Virus record (IMG/VR): IMGVR_UViG_3300029319_008445
Span: 1 to 55,464 of that record
Reading direction: 5' to 3' (one strand)
DNA length: 55,464 nt
From: a virus
Taxonomy: Duplodnaviria; Caudoviricetes
The notes below the pieces were generated by a model, which did no database searches, was not told where the DNA came from, and saw nothing but the letters and a program-made list of their open reading frames with translations. The position numbers were made by a program, and so were the translations under genes. Shown in pieces: positions 20,379-29,598 of this stretch. Each line of letters starts with the position of its first letter. Positions within the stretch are counted from its first letter, which is position 1.

Positions 20379-21083
20379 ATGAAAGAAAGAGTCGACATAG
20401 AAATAGATATTTACTATGATGGTAGCGACAGAATAGAAGAATACTTACACAAAGTAGATGGTGTCACTACCAATATCGGATTCTTGAAGAAGTCAGGAAT
20501 TGTAGATTATTCTCAATTTATTAGAGATACCCTGTCACTGAACGAGGACAACAAACCAATATCGTTTCAGGTGTTTTCAGATTCTAGAGAAGGTGCCAAA
20601 CTCCAAGCACTGAAGATAGCTTCTTTCTCTCCTGAAGTGTTTGTTAAGATCCCCGTTGTTAGCCCCACAGGCGAGAGTTTTTCGTCCTTGGTCGAGGAAA
20701 TGGTTTTTAAAAACGGTTTGAACATTAATACTACATGTGTTTATACAAAAGGCCAGATTGACGAACTAGCTTTTTTGAACAAGGCTGAATATCCAACTAT
20801 AGTTTCTATTTTTTGTGGAAGAATCGGTGACACTGGGCACGATCCACTGGATATCGTAAATTATGCGGTTTCTAGATTTCGAAACAATGATAATGTAAGG
20901 ATTTTGTGGGCCGGCTGCCAAAGGGTATGTGATATTTTAACTGCTCAAGAATCTGGGTGTGATATTATCACTGTCCCAGAGGGAGTTCTTAAGAAAATGG
21001 ATAGGATTGGTATGTCTTTGGCAGACTTTTCTCTTAAGACATCTATAGATTTTCACAACGATGGTGTCGACCTGGTGCTTTAA
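20379..21083 (+). CDS. Transaldolase / fructose-6-phosphate aldolase family protein
   Basis: DGVTTN, ISFQV, FVKIP (Schiff-base Lys), INTT, SIFCGRIGD, ILWA, DIITVP. Confidence 0.9.
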   Translation: MKERVDIEIDIYYDGSDRIEEYLHKVDGVTTNIGFLKKSGIVDYSQFIRDTLSLNEDNKPISFQVFSDSREGAKLQALKIASFSPEVFVKIPVVSPTGESFSSLVEEMVFKNGLNINTTCVYTKGQIDELAFLNKAEYPTIVSIFCGRIGDTGHDPLDIVNYAVSRFRNNDNVRILWAGCQRVCDILTAQESGCDIITVPEGVLKKMDRIGMSLADFSLKTSIDFHNDGVDLVL

Positions 21084-21088
21084 ACATT

Positions 21089-21661
21089 ATGGATATAGAA
21101 AAACTTTTAGAAAACATTCCCGATAAAAGGGAGTGGAAAACAACTACTTCTCACAAATTCAAAAGAGACTTATATGAGCTTTTCAATGAGTTGGGTTTGC
21201 AAGACTCTAAAATTGTGGAACTAGGAACACACCATGGGCATACTACACGAATTTTGAGTTTTCTATTTAATGAAGTTGTAACCTATGATATCATTGATGA
21301 TGGGTTTTCTAAGAAACTCAACCAAGATCGTGAGAACATAACTCATAGATATCAGGATATTTATGAGTTTCCGTGGTGGGAAGAGTGTGCCGGCGCAGAT
21401 GTTGTTTTTATTGATGCCGTGCATAAATACGAAGAAGCAAAGAAAGATATACAAAATGCCTTAAAAATCGAGGGTGTTCGTTATATAATATTTGATGATT
21501 ATGGGATGTTTCCAAGTGTCAAGAATGCAGTGCTTGAAAGTATGAATGACGCTTGGCCTAGATTTAAACCATATAAGTATATTGGCGAACCACCTGGATC
21601 TGATTGTCGTCCTGGCAAGACTTTACAAGACTGGGAAGGTCTCGTTTGTAAAGTTGGGTAA
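21089..21661 (+). CDS. Class I SAM-dependent methyltransferase
   Basis: IVELGTHHG motif I, VFIDAVHKYE, IIFDDY. Confidence 0.85.
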   Translation: MDIEKLLENIPDKREWKTTTSHKFKRDLYELFNELGLQDSKIVELGTHHGHTTRILSFLFNEVVTYDIIDDGFSKKLNQDRENITHRYQDIYEFPWWEECAGADVVFIDAVHKYEEAKKDIQNALKIEGVRYIIFDDYGMFPSVKNAVLESMNDAWPRFKPYKYIGEPPGSDCRPGKTLQDWEGLVCKVG

Positions 21662-21671
21662 TAACTTGAAA

Positions 21672-22520
21672 ATGGGGAAGAATATATCCGTATACGGTTC
21701 TACCGGTTTTATAGGTGGTAGGTTTTGCCAGTTATACCACAATAATATTGTCAGGATCCCTAGAGAACAAAGAAAACCGGAGACAAATGAAGTCCTGTAT
21801 TTCATAAGCACCACAAACAACTACAACATATTTGACAACCCTCACGTCGACATTGAAACAAATTTAAGTCTCTTGATTGATGTTTTAGAACAATGTAAGG
21901 GAAGGGAAGATATAGTTTTCAACTTTATCAGTTCTTGGTTTGTGTATGGAAAGACAGATGATTTACCTGCTCATGAAAACTCTGTGTGTAATCCTAGGGG
22001 ATTTTATTCTATTACGAAAAGGACTGCTGAGCAGCTTCTAACATCCTACTGTGAGACATTTAAAATAAAATATCGCATACTTCGCCTAGGTAATGTCTTT
22101 GGTGAGACTGATGCTGATGTCTCTAAAAAGAAGAATGCGATGCAATACTTGATCAATGAAATTTACAACGATAGGGATGTAAATCTATACGATGATGGTA
22201 GTAATGTGAGAGATTATATTTACGTTGATGAAGCCTGTCGTGCGATTAAATTATGCATCGATGCTGCTCCTTGTAATGAAATAATCAATATAGGAAGCGG
22301 CAATCCCACAACTATCAGAGAAATCATGTCTTATTGTAGAGACAAGCTAAATTCAAAAAGCAAGTTCGTTTCCATTGATGCACCGGAGTTTCACAAGATT
22401 GTGCAAGTCAAAAATATGTATTTAGACATCACCAAATTAAAGAACCTTGGATATGTTCCGGATCTTAATATATGGGACAAGATAGATGTAATAATGAATA
22501 ACTTGGGGGCTGAATTATGA
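21672..22520 (+). CDS. NAD-dependent epimerase / NDP-sugar 4-reductase (SDR)
   Basis: GSTGFIG, ISSWFVYG, YSITK, RLGNVFG, RDYIYVDE; ATG 21672 follows the upstream stop. Confidence 0.88.
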   Translation: MGKNISVYGSTGFIGGRFCQLYHNNIVRIPREQRKPETNEVLYFISTTNNYNIFDNPHVDIETNLSLLIDVLEQCKGREDIVFNFISSWFVYGKTDDLPAHENSVCNPRGFYSITKRTAEQLLTSYCETFKIKYRILRLGNVFGETDADVSKKKNAMQYLINEIYNDRDVNLYDDGSNVRDYIYVDEACRAIKLCIDAAPCNEIINIGSGNPTTIREIMSYCRDKLNSKSKFVSIDAPEFHKIVQVKNMYLDITKLKNLGYVPDLNIWDKIDVIMNNLGAEL

Positions 22521-23410
22521 GATTTGTTGTCACCGGTGGTCGTGGATTTATAGGAAGTCACTTCGTAGAAGAAGCTTTGAGGATGGGACATAGCGTTGTT
22601 GACATAGATAAGATTACTTATTGTGCTCACTCGAATCTACCATGGGATAATCACAAGAATTATAAACTTATCAAACAAGATATAACGGAATTAAAGCACT
22701 TGCCTAGTTGTGATGTCTTAATCAATTTTGCAGCAGAAAGCCATGTTGATAATTCCATCAATGAGACTGCTCCATTTGTTAGAAGTAATATTCTGGGTGT
22801 TCACAATTTGCTAGAACTAGTCAGGGGCAAGAAAGAGTACGATAGGCCGCTGTTCTTTCAGATAAGCACAGATGAAGTCTATGGGGATTCTTTGGAGAAA
22901 TATTTTGCAGAAGAGGATCGTCTCAATCCAAGCAATCCCTATTCAGCCAGCAAGGCTGCAGCAGAAATGTTGGTTCTTTCGTATAATAAGACTTATGGAA
23001 TGGATTATGTTATAACAAGAAGCACCAACAATTATGGGGAAAGACAATATCACGAGAAGCTAATACCAAAGATTCAGGATTGCATTAAACATTGTCGCAA
23101 GATTCCGATCCATGGCACCGGCGAATATGTTCGTGATTGGTTATATGTCAAAGATAATATAGATGCTTTGTTTACAATCATAGACCGCAAAATCACAAAT
23201 GAGATTCTCAACATTGGTGCAAACAATCATCTGCAAAATTTAGAAGTTGTAGATACGGTCCTAGGGTGGCACTCCTTGACTCCCTTAAATATGGTACAGT
23301 TTGTAGAGAACAGATGGGGTCAAGATATCAAGTACGCAGTCGACTGCACAAAGATGGAAAAACTAGGCTGGAAGCCAAAATATAATAATGGACTACATCG
23401 TTGGTATTAA
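22517..23410 (+). CDS. rmlB: dTDP-glucose 4,6-dehydratase
   Basis: TGGRGFIGS, NFAAESHVDNSI, STDEVYG, NPYSASKA, NNYG, EKLIP, RDWLYV. Confidence 0.93.
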   Translation: MRFVVTGGRGFIGSHFVEEALRMGHSVVDIDKITYCAHSNLPWDNHKNYKLIKQDITELKHLPSCDVLINFAAESHVDNSINETAPFVRSNILGVHNLLELVRGKKEYDRPLFFQISTDEVYGDSLEKYFAEEDRLNPSNPYSASKAAAEMLVLSYNKTYGMDYVITRSTNNYGERQYHEKLIPKIQDCIKHCRKIPIHGTGEYVRDWLYVKDNIDALFTIIDRKITNEILNIGANNHLQNLEVVDTVLGWHSLTPLNMVQFVENRWGQDIKYAVDCTKMEKLGWKPKYNNGLHRWY

Positions 23411-23426
23411 AAACAAAGGAAGTAAA

Positions 23427-24194
23427 ATGAGCAAAACACAGATTGATTTTATAATCCCCTCTTACAGTTCTCCAATGTTAACAATATGTTGTATTAGGAG
23501 TTTCGAGAAGAATAAAGGTGATTTTGATTTTAGGTACATAATCGTCGAGAATGCATGTGATGATTCTTATAAAGAAGATGTATTACTGGTTAGCGAAAAT
23601 GTTCTATGGATTAATAATCCCAGTAAGAACACTATTGCTGCTAATCGCCACGCCTGGGGTAATGCAGAGGCAATTGAGATTGGTTTACAAAACTCAACCT
23701 CGGAGTATGTTTTTATATGTCATAATGACGTCGCAGCAACTCATCCGGATTGGATGAAAACACTCTATAGTAAGGTGGAGGAGGGTTGCAAAATGGTGGG
23801 TACAAGGTTCGATAATCCAGAAAGCCAGCGGATAGGTGCTTTGCATCAATCCGGCCTGTTAATCAACAGGGAGGTGGCTTTAAACGTGCCTTCTATATAT
23901 CCAGAGTGGGATGAAGAGTCTAGCTCATGGAAGCTAGATGTTGGTGATGCATTTACAAGATATTGTAGGCAAAATGATTTAGAATATTTCTGCTTTCGCA
24001 ACACTCACAATAGAAATGTTGATATAGAATTACCAACCCCATACAACGAAATGACTTTTGATAGAGTGATAGACTCTGATGGGAATGTCATTTATATGCA
24101 CCTAGGAAGGGGTTCAATGAAGCAGTCAAACAGATATTATGGGAAAAACAATATTGAACAATGGAAGAATTTTCTAGAGGGTGAGATTCTATGA
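23427..24194 (+). CDS. Glycosyltransferase, GT2-like
   Basis: FIIPSY, IIVEN, CHND, DVG, HLGRGS; SD AAGGA before ATG 23427. Confidence 0.75.
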   Translation: MSKTQIDFIIPSYSSPMLTICCIRSFEKNKGDFDFRYIIVENACDDSYKEDVLLVSENVLWINNPSKNTIAANRHAWGNAEAIEIGLQNSTSEYVFICHNDVAATHPDWMKTLYSKVEEGCKMVGTRFDNPESQRIGALHQSGLLINREVALNVPSIYPEWDEESSSWKLDVGDAFTRYCRQNDLEYFCFRNTHNRNVDIELPTPYNEMTFDRVIDSDGNVIYMHLGRGSMKQSNRYYGKNNIEQWKNFLEGEIL

Positions 24195-24346
24195 ACAGTT
24201 ATGAAGAGCAGTATAATGCTCTCAAAGAACGAGTGGAGCAGTTAATTGTTGCCTTCGAAGCAGGCAAGGAATACCAATTCGATCCTGAAAAGTTTGACCA
24301 AATGGTTTATGATTTAAAAAACTACATTTCAGGTGGTAGGAAATAG
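24191..24346 (+). CDS. Small hypothetical protein (51 aa, absent from the ORF track)
   Basis: ATGA overlap with the upstream stop, preceded by GAGGGTGA; MNSYEEQYNALKERVEQL...GGRK*. Confidence 0.6.
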   Translation: MNSYEEQYNALKERVEQLIVAFEAGKEYQFDPEKFDQMVYDLKNYISGGRK

Positions 24347-24369
24347 GGTCACTAAATAAGCATTGGGCT

Positions 24370-24398
24370 TTAACAGGTTTAAAAAAATGTATTATAAT
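24370..24398 (+). promoter_or_regulatory. Sigma70-type promoter
   Basis: TTAACA-17 nt-TATAAT in the largest intergenic gap of the window. Confidence 0.7.
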
Positions 24399-24425
24399 AT
24401 ATTCAATATCGGGTGATTGTGGGTA

Positions 24426-25310
24426 ATGGCTAGGTGTTTAGTAACAGGACATAAAGGATATATCGGTTCTCGGCTTTTTGAAAGACTACAAGAGCTAGGT
24501 CATGAGGTTCTGGGAATCGATTTACAAGAGGATTTTCCAAAGGATATAAGGGATTTTTTTAATGAAGATTTCGGCAGTGAGGTCTACCCTGCATATTGGA
24601 ATTTTAAACCAGAGTATGTCTTTCATCTAGCTGCAATTCCCAGAGTCGCTTATAGTATTGAGGAGCCTGTAAAAACAACGAAGAATAATATCCTCGCCGG
24701 CAGTATGGTTCTTAACTTCGCTAGAAAGGTCGGGGCCAAACGATTAATTTATGCCGGCTCTTCTTCTGTTGTAGGCAACGGAGACGGCCCTGCAAGCCCG
24801 TATGCTTTGCAGAAACTGTATACGGAGATGGAGTGCCGGATATACTCTGAACTGTACGGCTTAGACACCGTTACGTTAAGATATTTTAATGTGTATTCTC
24901 CGGATCAACAAGCAAAAACAGCATATGCTACGGCAGTGGCAAATTGGATGCAGCATATACGGGATGACAAACTCCCCTTTATTACCGGCGACGGTGAACA
25001 AAGAAGAGATATGGCTAATCGCGAAGATGTCGTGTCAGCTAACATTTTTGCAATGGAATACGAAGGGACATTTAACGGCCAACAGTTTGATGTGGGCACT
25101 GGAGACAATATATCTTTAAATGAAATGAAGAAGATAGTAGAAGAACATATTCCAAATGTTGTTTTCGAATATGTTGCAGAAAGAAAAGGAGATGTTAGGC
25201 TCACAAAGGCGGATATCCAACCTTTACGGGATTTAGGCTGGGAGCCTCAATATACGATTGAGAAAGGAATTCATGAATGCTTTAGGAGGTTAAAAAATGA
25301 AATTATCTAA
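24426..25310 (+). CDS. NAD-dependent epimerase (UDP-hexose/HexNAc 4-epimerase-like)
   Basis: VTGHKGYIG, HLAAIP, SPYALQK, LRYFNVY, GDGEQRRD, ERKGD. Confidence 0.9.
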   Translation: MARCLVTGHKGYIGSRLFERLQELGHEVLGIDLQEDFPKDIRDFFNEDFGSEVYPAYWNFKPEYVFHLAAIPRVAYSIEEPVKTTKNNILAGSMVLNFARKVGAKRLIYAGSSSVVGNGDGPASPYALQKLYTEMECRIYSELYGLDTVTLRYFNVYSPDQQAKTAYATAVANWMQHIRDDKLPFITGDGEQRRDMANREDVVSANIFAMEYEGTFNGQQFDVGTGDNISLNEMKKIVEEHIPNVVFEYVAERKGDVRLTKADIQPLRDLGWEPQYTIEKGIHECFRRLKNEII

Positions 25311-25473
25311 TCAGGCACTGGGATCTATTATGATGGCTTTACAAAAGTCTTTGATGGAACAAAGTGACGTTACAGAAACTTTAAAAAGTTTTGAATTGGT
25401 GGTGGATGACAATAGTGAAGAACTGGTGGTAACAAACCCGCCACTCGTTAAGTTTGATAACGAGGATGCCTAG
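25297..25473 (+). CDS. Small hypothetical protein (58 aa, absent from the ORF track)
   Basis: Strong SD AGGAGGT; MKLSNQALGSIMMALQKSLMEQSDV...NPPLVKFDNEDA*; fills the gap before FmdB. Confidence 0.7.
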   Translation: MKLSNQALGSIMMALQKSLMEQSDVTETLKSFELVVDDNSEELVVTNPPLVKFDNEDA

Positions 25474-25732
25474 ATACATATATAAATGTAAGGCTTGCGA
25501 AGTAGTTTTTCAAACAGTACATTCAATCAAGGAAAAATTAACAGATTGTGAAGAATGTGATTCCAAGGAGACGCTTCAACGAATTCCCTCTATGCCTCAA
25601 ATATTGGTTAAAAGCCAAGATGATAAAAAGCGCCCAGTTGGTAGCGTTGTAAAGGAATACATAGAAAATGTAAGAGAGGAAGTAGAGGAAGAAAAAAGAG
25701 AATTAAGTAATCAGGTATATAAAGATGATTGA
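25466..25732 (+). CDS. FmdB-family zinc-ribbon protein
   Basis: MPRYIYKCKAC...F...CEEC...LQRI. Confidence 0.85.
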   Translation: MPRYIYKCKACEVVFQTVHSIKEKLTDCEECDSKETLQRIPSMPQILVKSQDDKKRPVGSVVKEYIENVREEVEEEKRELSNQVYKDD

Positions 25733-26060
25733 AATAACAGTAGCATTAATATTATCCATTGCTTTAAATGTATTTTTATTTCTCTATTTAAGGTGGTTGT
25801 TGAGGAATTTTACTCTTTTATCGGAAAGTGTCCAAAACACTGCTGGGACAATTGAAACATTTTCCAATCATCTCTCTGCTGTATATGAACTTGAAACGTT
25901 TTACGGTGATGAAACACTACAGAATCTTCTGAAACATGCTAAGCAAGTAGCGGGAGAAATCAAAGTATATAAGGATATATATACCATAACAAGTGATGAA
26001 GAAATAGAGGATTTATTCAATGACACAGAAACAGACGAGGAAGCGGAGGAAGAGGAGTAA
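25725..26060 (+). CDS. Membrane-anchored hypothetical protein
   Basis: N-terminal TM helix, helical middle, acidic tail. Confidence 0.7.
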   Translation: MIEITVALILSIALNVFLFLYLRWLLRNFTLLSESVQNTAGTIETFSNHLSAVYELETFYGDETLQNLLKHAKQVAGEIKVYKDIYTITSDEEIEDLFNDTETDEEAEEEE

Positions 26061-26724
26061 AAAGCACTACTTTACTCAAGTTCATGAAGATGCGATAGTT
26101 CGATATGCACAAATAGAAGACGTAAAAGAAAGGACGGAATTATATATAAATTTTATACAACCAGCTTTTAGTGAGATGGTTGATAAGATTATTTTCACCT
26201 ATAAATTTACCAATCTACCAAACATTGTTCAACTTCGTGACGAGTGTAAGATATGGCTCACGATGATTTTGGACAAATACGATCCCAATAAAGGATCAAA
26301 AGCATTTTCTTATTTTTCCGTAATCACAAAAAACTGGTTCATTCACAAGGTCAAGAAAACTTCTAAACAAGTTAAGAGAGAGGTTGGTTTTGATGAGATC
26401 CCTAGGGACTTGGAAAACAGACATCTTGTTACATATAATAAATATGAAACTGAAAGAGAGAAGGGGGAGTTCTGGATTCAACTGTGGAAAGAAATTGACT
26501 CTTGGGACACGGGTAAATTAAAGCCAAATGATAAAAAGGTTTTGCATGCTGTTAGGATTCTTTTAGAGAATAGCGAAGATATCGAAATTTTCAATAAAAA
26601 AGCTATTTATCTATACATGAGGGAAATTACTGGCCTCAACACCAAGCAGATTGTTAATAGTCTGAACAAGATGCGTTCCAAATATCGCGATTTTAAAGGT
26701 AAATGGAATGAAGGAGATTTGTAG
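26020..26724 (+). CDS. Phage RNA polymerase sigma factor (T4 gp55-like, late)
   Basis: KHYFT N-terminus, KYDPNKGSKAFSYFSVITKNWF resembling sigma region 2 of gp55, C-terminal HTH-like REITGLNTKQI. Confidence 0.7.
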   Translation: MTQKQTRKRRKRSKKHYFTQVHEDAIVRYAQIEDVKERTELYINFIQPAFSEMVDKIIFTYKFTNLPNIVQLRDECKIWLTMILDKYDPNKGSKAFSYFSVITKNWFIHKVKKTSKQVKREVGFDEIPRDLENRHLVTYNKYETEREKGEFWIQLWKEIDSWDTGKLKPNDKKVLHAVRILLENSEDIEIFNKKAIYLYMREITGLNTKQIVNSLNKMRSKYRDFKGKWNEGDL

Positions 26725-27008
26725 TGAAAGACTTGGACTCATATTTGGGAGAAGCTGTCGACAATGTTAGAGAAGATCGGGACAAGGCAAAAGAGCTATT
26801 AGAGCAGTTAGAAGGACTTGTCTCGGAAGATACATACAGCCATAAACAACTTGGAATGGTCGCAGCAAAATATCTTGAAACACTTCAAAGATCCAACGAA
26901 CAATTAGTAAAGATTGCCGCCCTTATGCAGAAAAAACAATCTAAGAATGAGGGCTTGTCAGAAAAAGACAAAGATGACTTATTTGATATGATCAAAGAGG
27001 TGGCATGA
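26724..27008 (+). CDS. Hypothetical coiled-coil protein
   Basis: 94 aa helical ORF, GTG start overlapping the upstream stop. Confidence 0.7.
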   Translation: MKDLDSYLGEAVDNVREDRDKAKELLEQLEGLVSEDTYSHKQLGMVAAKYLETLQRSNEQLVKIAALMQKKQSKNEGLSEKDKDDLFDMIKEVA

Positions 27009-27009
27009 G

Positions 27010-28593
27010 TTGGCTGACGACACTACAACAACTTTCCCTGAACCGGAAAAGAATCCTTACAAGTTGTTTGTTTCTCAAGATTCCAATCAAACTAGGGATC
27101 CTTTAAGAGAAAGCGCCTCATCTAGAAACATTGATGGCATCGGCGCTCAAAACTTTGCTGCCGTGCAAGCCTATAAGGGAGATAAGACTCCTTTTAATGG
27201 ACCTTTCAAGGCTCAGGTGATTTGGTCATTTCCAGGTGTCGTACCATATCCGACTCCTCCTCCTGGTTATTTAGCATATGATATAGATCTTCCATCTGTT
27301 ACACAAGGTGACGGAGAGGGCGCTACGGAGGGTGATACCGGCACACCTCCACAGGATCGCCCCGTGAACGGAAACCCAGCCGATACCACCGAGCAGCAAA
27401 GTTCCTCACAAGGCATCCCGGGCCGCCCCGGCAAAACTAATTTGCCGTGGATTGTGGTTAGGGTTGATGGTCTTCACGATCATATACCAAACCCCGCTCA
27501 ATACAATCCAAAAGGTTCGAAACAACAGCAGTTTAAATACTGGTCAGCGATTAAAGCACATTTTGAGGTAGGCTGTTGTTTGCCGGAAATTGATGATGTT
27601 AATTATCCCATTCCAAATCCTGGAGATATTGTTTCTGTTACTTATACTAATGCTAGAAGTTTTAAAGGTGGCAGATACAAAGTAGGAGATGCTGGCATGA
27701 CTAATCCGTCTGCATTGGCAGACGTCTTTACTCAAGTATTTGCAGCACTGGATATTGATGTTCCCCGCGACGTTAACCTTGAGCAGGTAATAACATATGC
27801 TTTAACAGGTGAACAAATGCCCTCAATTCCGGCGGAAAGCCCACCATGGTCCCGTCGATCGGAAGACATCACGACAATTGTTTTACACACCACTGAAACT
27901 GGTCATAGTAGTACTCCTAGCAATGCAGTAAATATGTGGGTTCGTCTGGGTACCAAGGATCAAACTTGGGACTCAGAAAGGCAAAAATATATAGAGGATC
28001 AAGTTTCTACTCATTTTATAATTATGAATGATGGAACTATTATAATGTTGTTGGATCCTGATAGATTTTATGCCTGGCATGCTGGCTCGATAAACAAATT
28101 CTCTGTTGGTATTGATTTCGAAGGTAGGGCAAATGAAAATGGAGGTATCTCCCAAGCACAAGTTGAGGCTGTAATTCAATTGGTTACTAGCAGCGAACTT
28201 TCACGATATGTAGTGATAGGTCACAGACATGTATCTAGTTCTCGGAGTGATCCAGGTAAACCAGGGTACAGAGGGTATGATGAGTTGTGGTCGCGCCCTG
28301 AAATTAGGGCGCAAACTCTTGATGTAATTGGTACATCCAACGAACCCGATGGGAGAGGGGAAAACGCCATCATTCCACCGGGATATGAAAGATCACGTGG
28401 CACGCAATTGTACAATGTTGATCTAATAAATAAGCAAAGATCGTTAACTGGAGGGGGTACAAGTATGCGATCCATCATTGGTTTTCTTGATTTTTCTGCA
28501 GTATATGAAGAGCGGGTCCTGGCCGCGCTCGGCCAACTCCCAGAGGAAGTCGCAGAAGGTGATGAGGTTCCTGCAGGGGGAGAGGGAACCTAA
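27010..28593 (+). CDS. Putative baseplate hub (gp5-like N-terminus) fused to an N-acetylmuramoyl-L-alanine amidase (Amidase_2)
   Basis: VRVDGLH and PNPGDIVSV resemble the gp5 OB-fold; IVLHTTE, STHFII, AWHAG, SVGIDFEG, VIGH, SDPG amidase motifs. Confidence 0.75.
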   Translation: MADDTTTTFPEPEKNPYKLFVSQDSNQTRDPLRESASSRNIDGIGAQNFAAVQAYKGDKTPFNGPFKAQVIWSFPGVVPYPTPPPGYLAYDIDLPSVTQGDGEGATEGDTGTPPQDRPVNGNPADTTEQQSSSQGIPGRPGKTNLPWIVVRVDGLHDHIPNPAQYNPKGSKQQQFKYWSAIKAHFEVGCCLPEIDDVNYPIPNPGDIVSVTYTNARSFKGGRYKVGDAGMTNPSALADVFTQVFAALDIDVPRDVNLEQVITYALTGEQMPSIPAESPPWSRRSEDITTIVLHTTETGHSSTPSNAVNMWVRLGTKDQTWDSERQKYIEDQVSTHFIIMNDGTIIMLLDPDRFYAWHAGSINKFSVGIDFEGRANENGGISQAQVEAVIQLVTSSELSRYVVIGHRHVSSSRSDPGKPGYRGYDELWSRPEIRAQTLDVIGTSNEPDGRGENAIIPPGYERSRGTQLYNVDLINKQRSLTGGGTSMRSIIGFLDFSAVYEERVLAALGQLPEEVAEGDEVPAGGEGT

Positions 28594-28621
28594 CTAGGTT
28601 TTAATCCTTAAGGAGAAATTT

Positions 28622-29590
28622 ATGGCACATAAATCAAGTAAGTCAAGATTCAAACCCACGCCTACCAGAGGAGCGCTGAATTGGAAATCTCTTTCTCCCG
28701 GAGCGACAAAAAAATCTGGAAAAGGCGTCGAACTTGGTCACAAGGGCGTAGCCGGTTCCAAGATGTTGGAAGGTTTTCCTACTTATGTAAGATCAGACAA
28801 TGAACATGTTATAGAAAACAAAAACGGTGCTCAAATTGTCATAGGAAGAGATCGACCTGGCAGCAGGATATCGGGGTATGGTGCGGAACATCAGTCTGCG
28901 AGAATTGATTTGGTTGTCGGCAGAATGGCGATGGACAATATTGGAGCAGTAAACGAAAATGGAGAACAATTATTTGTTGATAACTCTTTTGAAAAAGATG
29001 CAGCCAGGATATATATAAGCCAAAAAGCAAACATCGATCATTACTTTGATTTAAATCCCGGCAAAGTTGGCATGTCAAAGACCAGGTCTGCTGTGGGTAT
29101 CAAGGCAGATGCTGTGAGGATTATAGGTCGAGAGGGAATAAAATTGGTTACAAGGCCAGAACCTTTGAATTCTATGGGTGGGAAGATAGAAAGAGTTGGT
29201 GGGATTGACTTGATAGCAGGAAATGATGACAGGGATTTGCAGCCCATGATTAAGGGAACAAATATGATGAAAGCATTTTCCTCTTTGGTTACTTGGGTTG
29301 GCAAATTGAATGGAATTGTTGATGGAATACTTCTTGAACAAAGCCAACTAAATACAGCGCTCGCACTACATACACACCAAGGCGTTGTGCTTGGACCCTT
29401 TCCACTTCCGATACAAACAACCCCATCGATTGAGTTGGGGACCGTAGCCACCAAGGTTGCCATTAATCACTTTTTTCATGGCTCTCTGGCTTTACAAATG
29501 CACAGAATGAATGGGGTAATGTTGGACTATAACCATACAAAGCCCTTTGGGAGAGAGTATATCTGTTCAAGATATAACAACACTAATTAA
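28622..29590 (+). CDS. Putative baseplate central spike (gp5 C-terminal-like)
   Basis: Beta-strand repeats (ARIYIS, VGIKADAVRIIGREGIKLVT), HTH (HxH) tip motif, position between hub and gp25. Confidence 0.6.
   Translation: MAHKSSKSRFKPTPTRGALNWKSLSPGATKKSGKGVELGHKGVAGSKMLEGFPTYVRSDNEHVIENKNGAQIVIGRDRPGSRISGYGAEHQSARIDLVVGRMAMDNIGAVNENGEQLFVDNSFEKDAARIYISQKANIDHYFDLNPGKVGMSKTRSAVGIKADAVRIIGREGIKLVTRPEPLNSMGGKIERVGGIDLIAGNDDRDLQPMIKGTNMMKAFSSLVTWVGKLNGIVDGILLEQSQLNTALALHTHQGVVLGPFPLPIQTTPSIELGTVATKVAINHFFHGSLALQMHRMNGVMLDYNHTKPFGREYICSRYNNTN
29583..29589 (+). promoter_or_regulatory. Candidate late-promoter motif CTAATTA
   Basis: 9 nt before ATG 29599; overlaps the upstream stop. Confidence 0.35.
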
Positions 29591-29598
29591 TAGATAAT

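Noticed and set aside
20379-21083. Cyanophage-type talC auxiliary metabolic gene
   Set aside because: Embedded in the glycan island with no photosynthesis or pentose-phosphate genes nearby; a biosynthetic role is more parsimonious
4003-25310. Bacterial O-antigen/capsule locus
   Set aside because: No wzx/wzy/wzm/wzt/kps or initiating transferase genes; flanked seamlessly by phage genes with the same composition and GCCGGC bias
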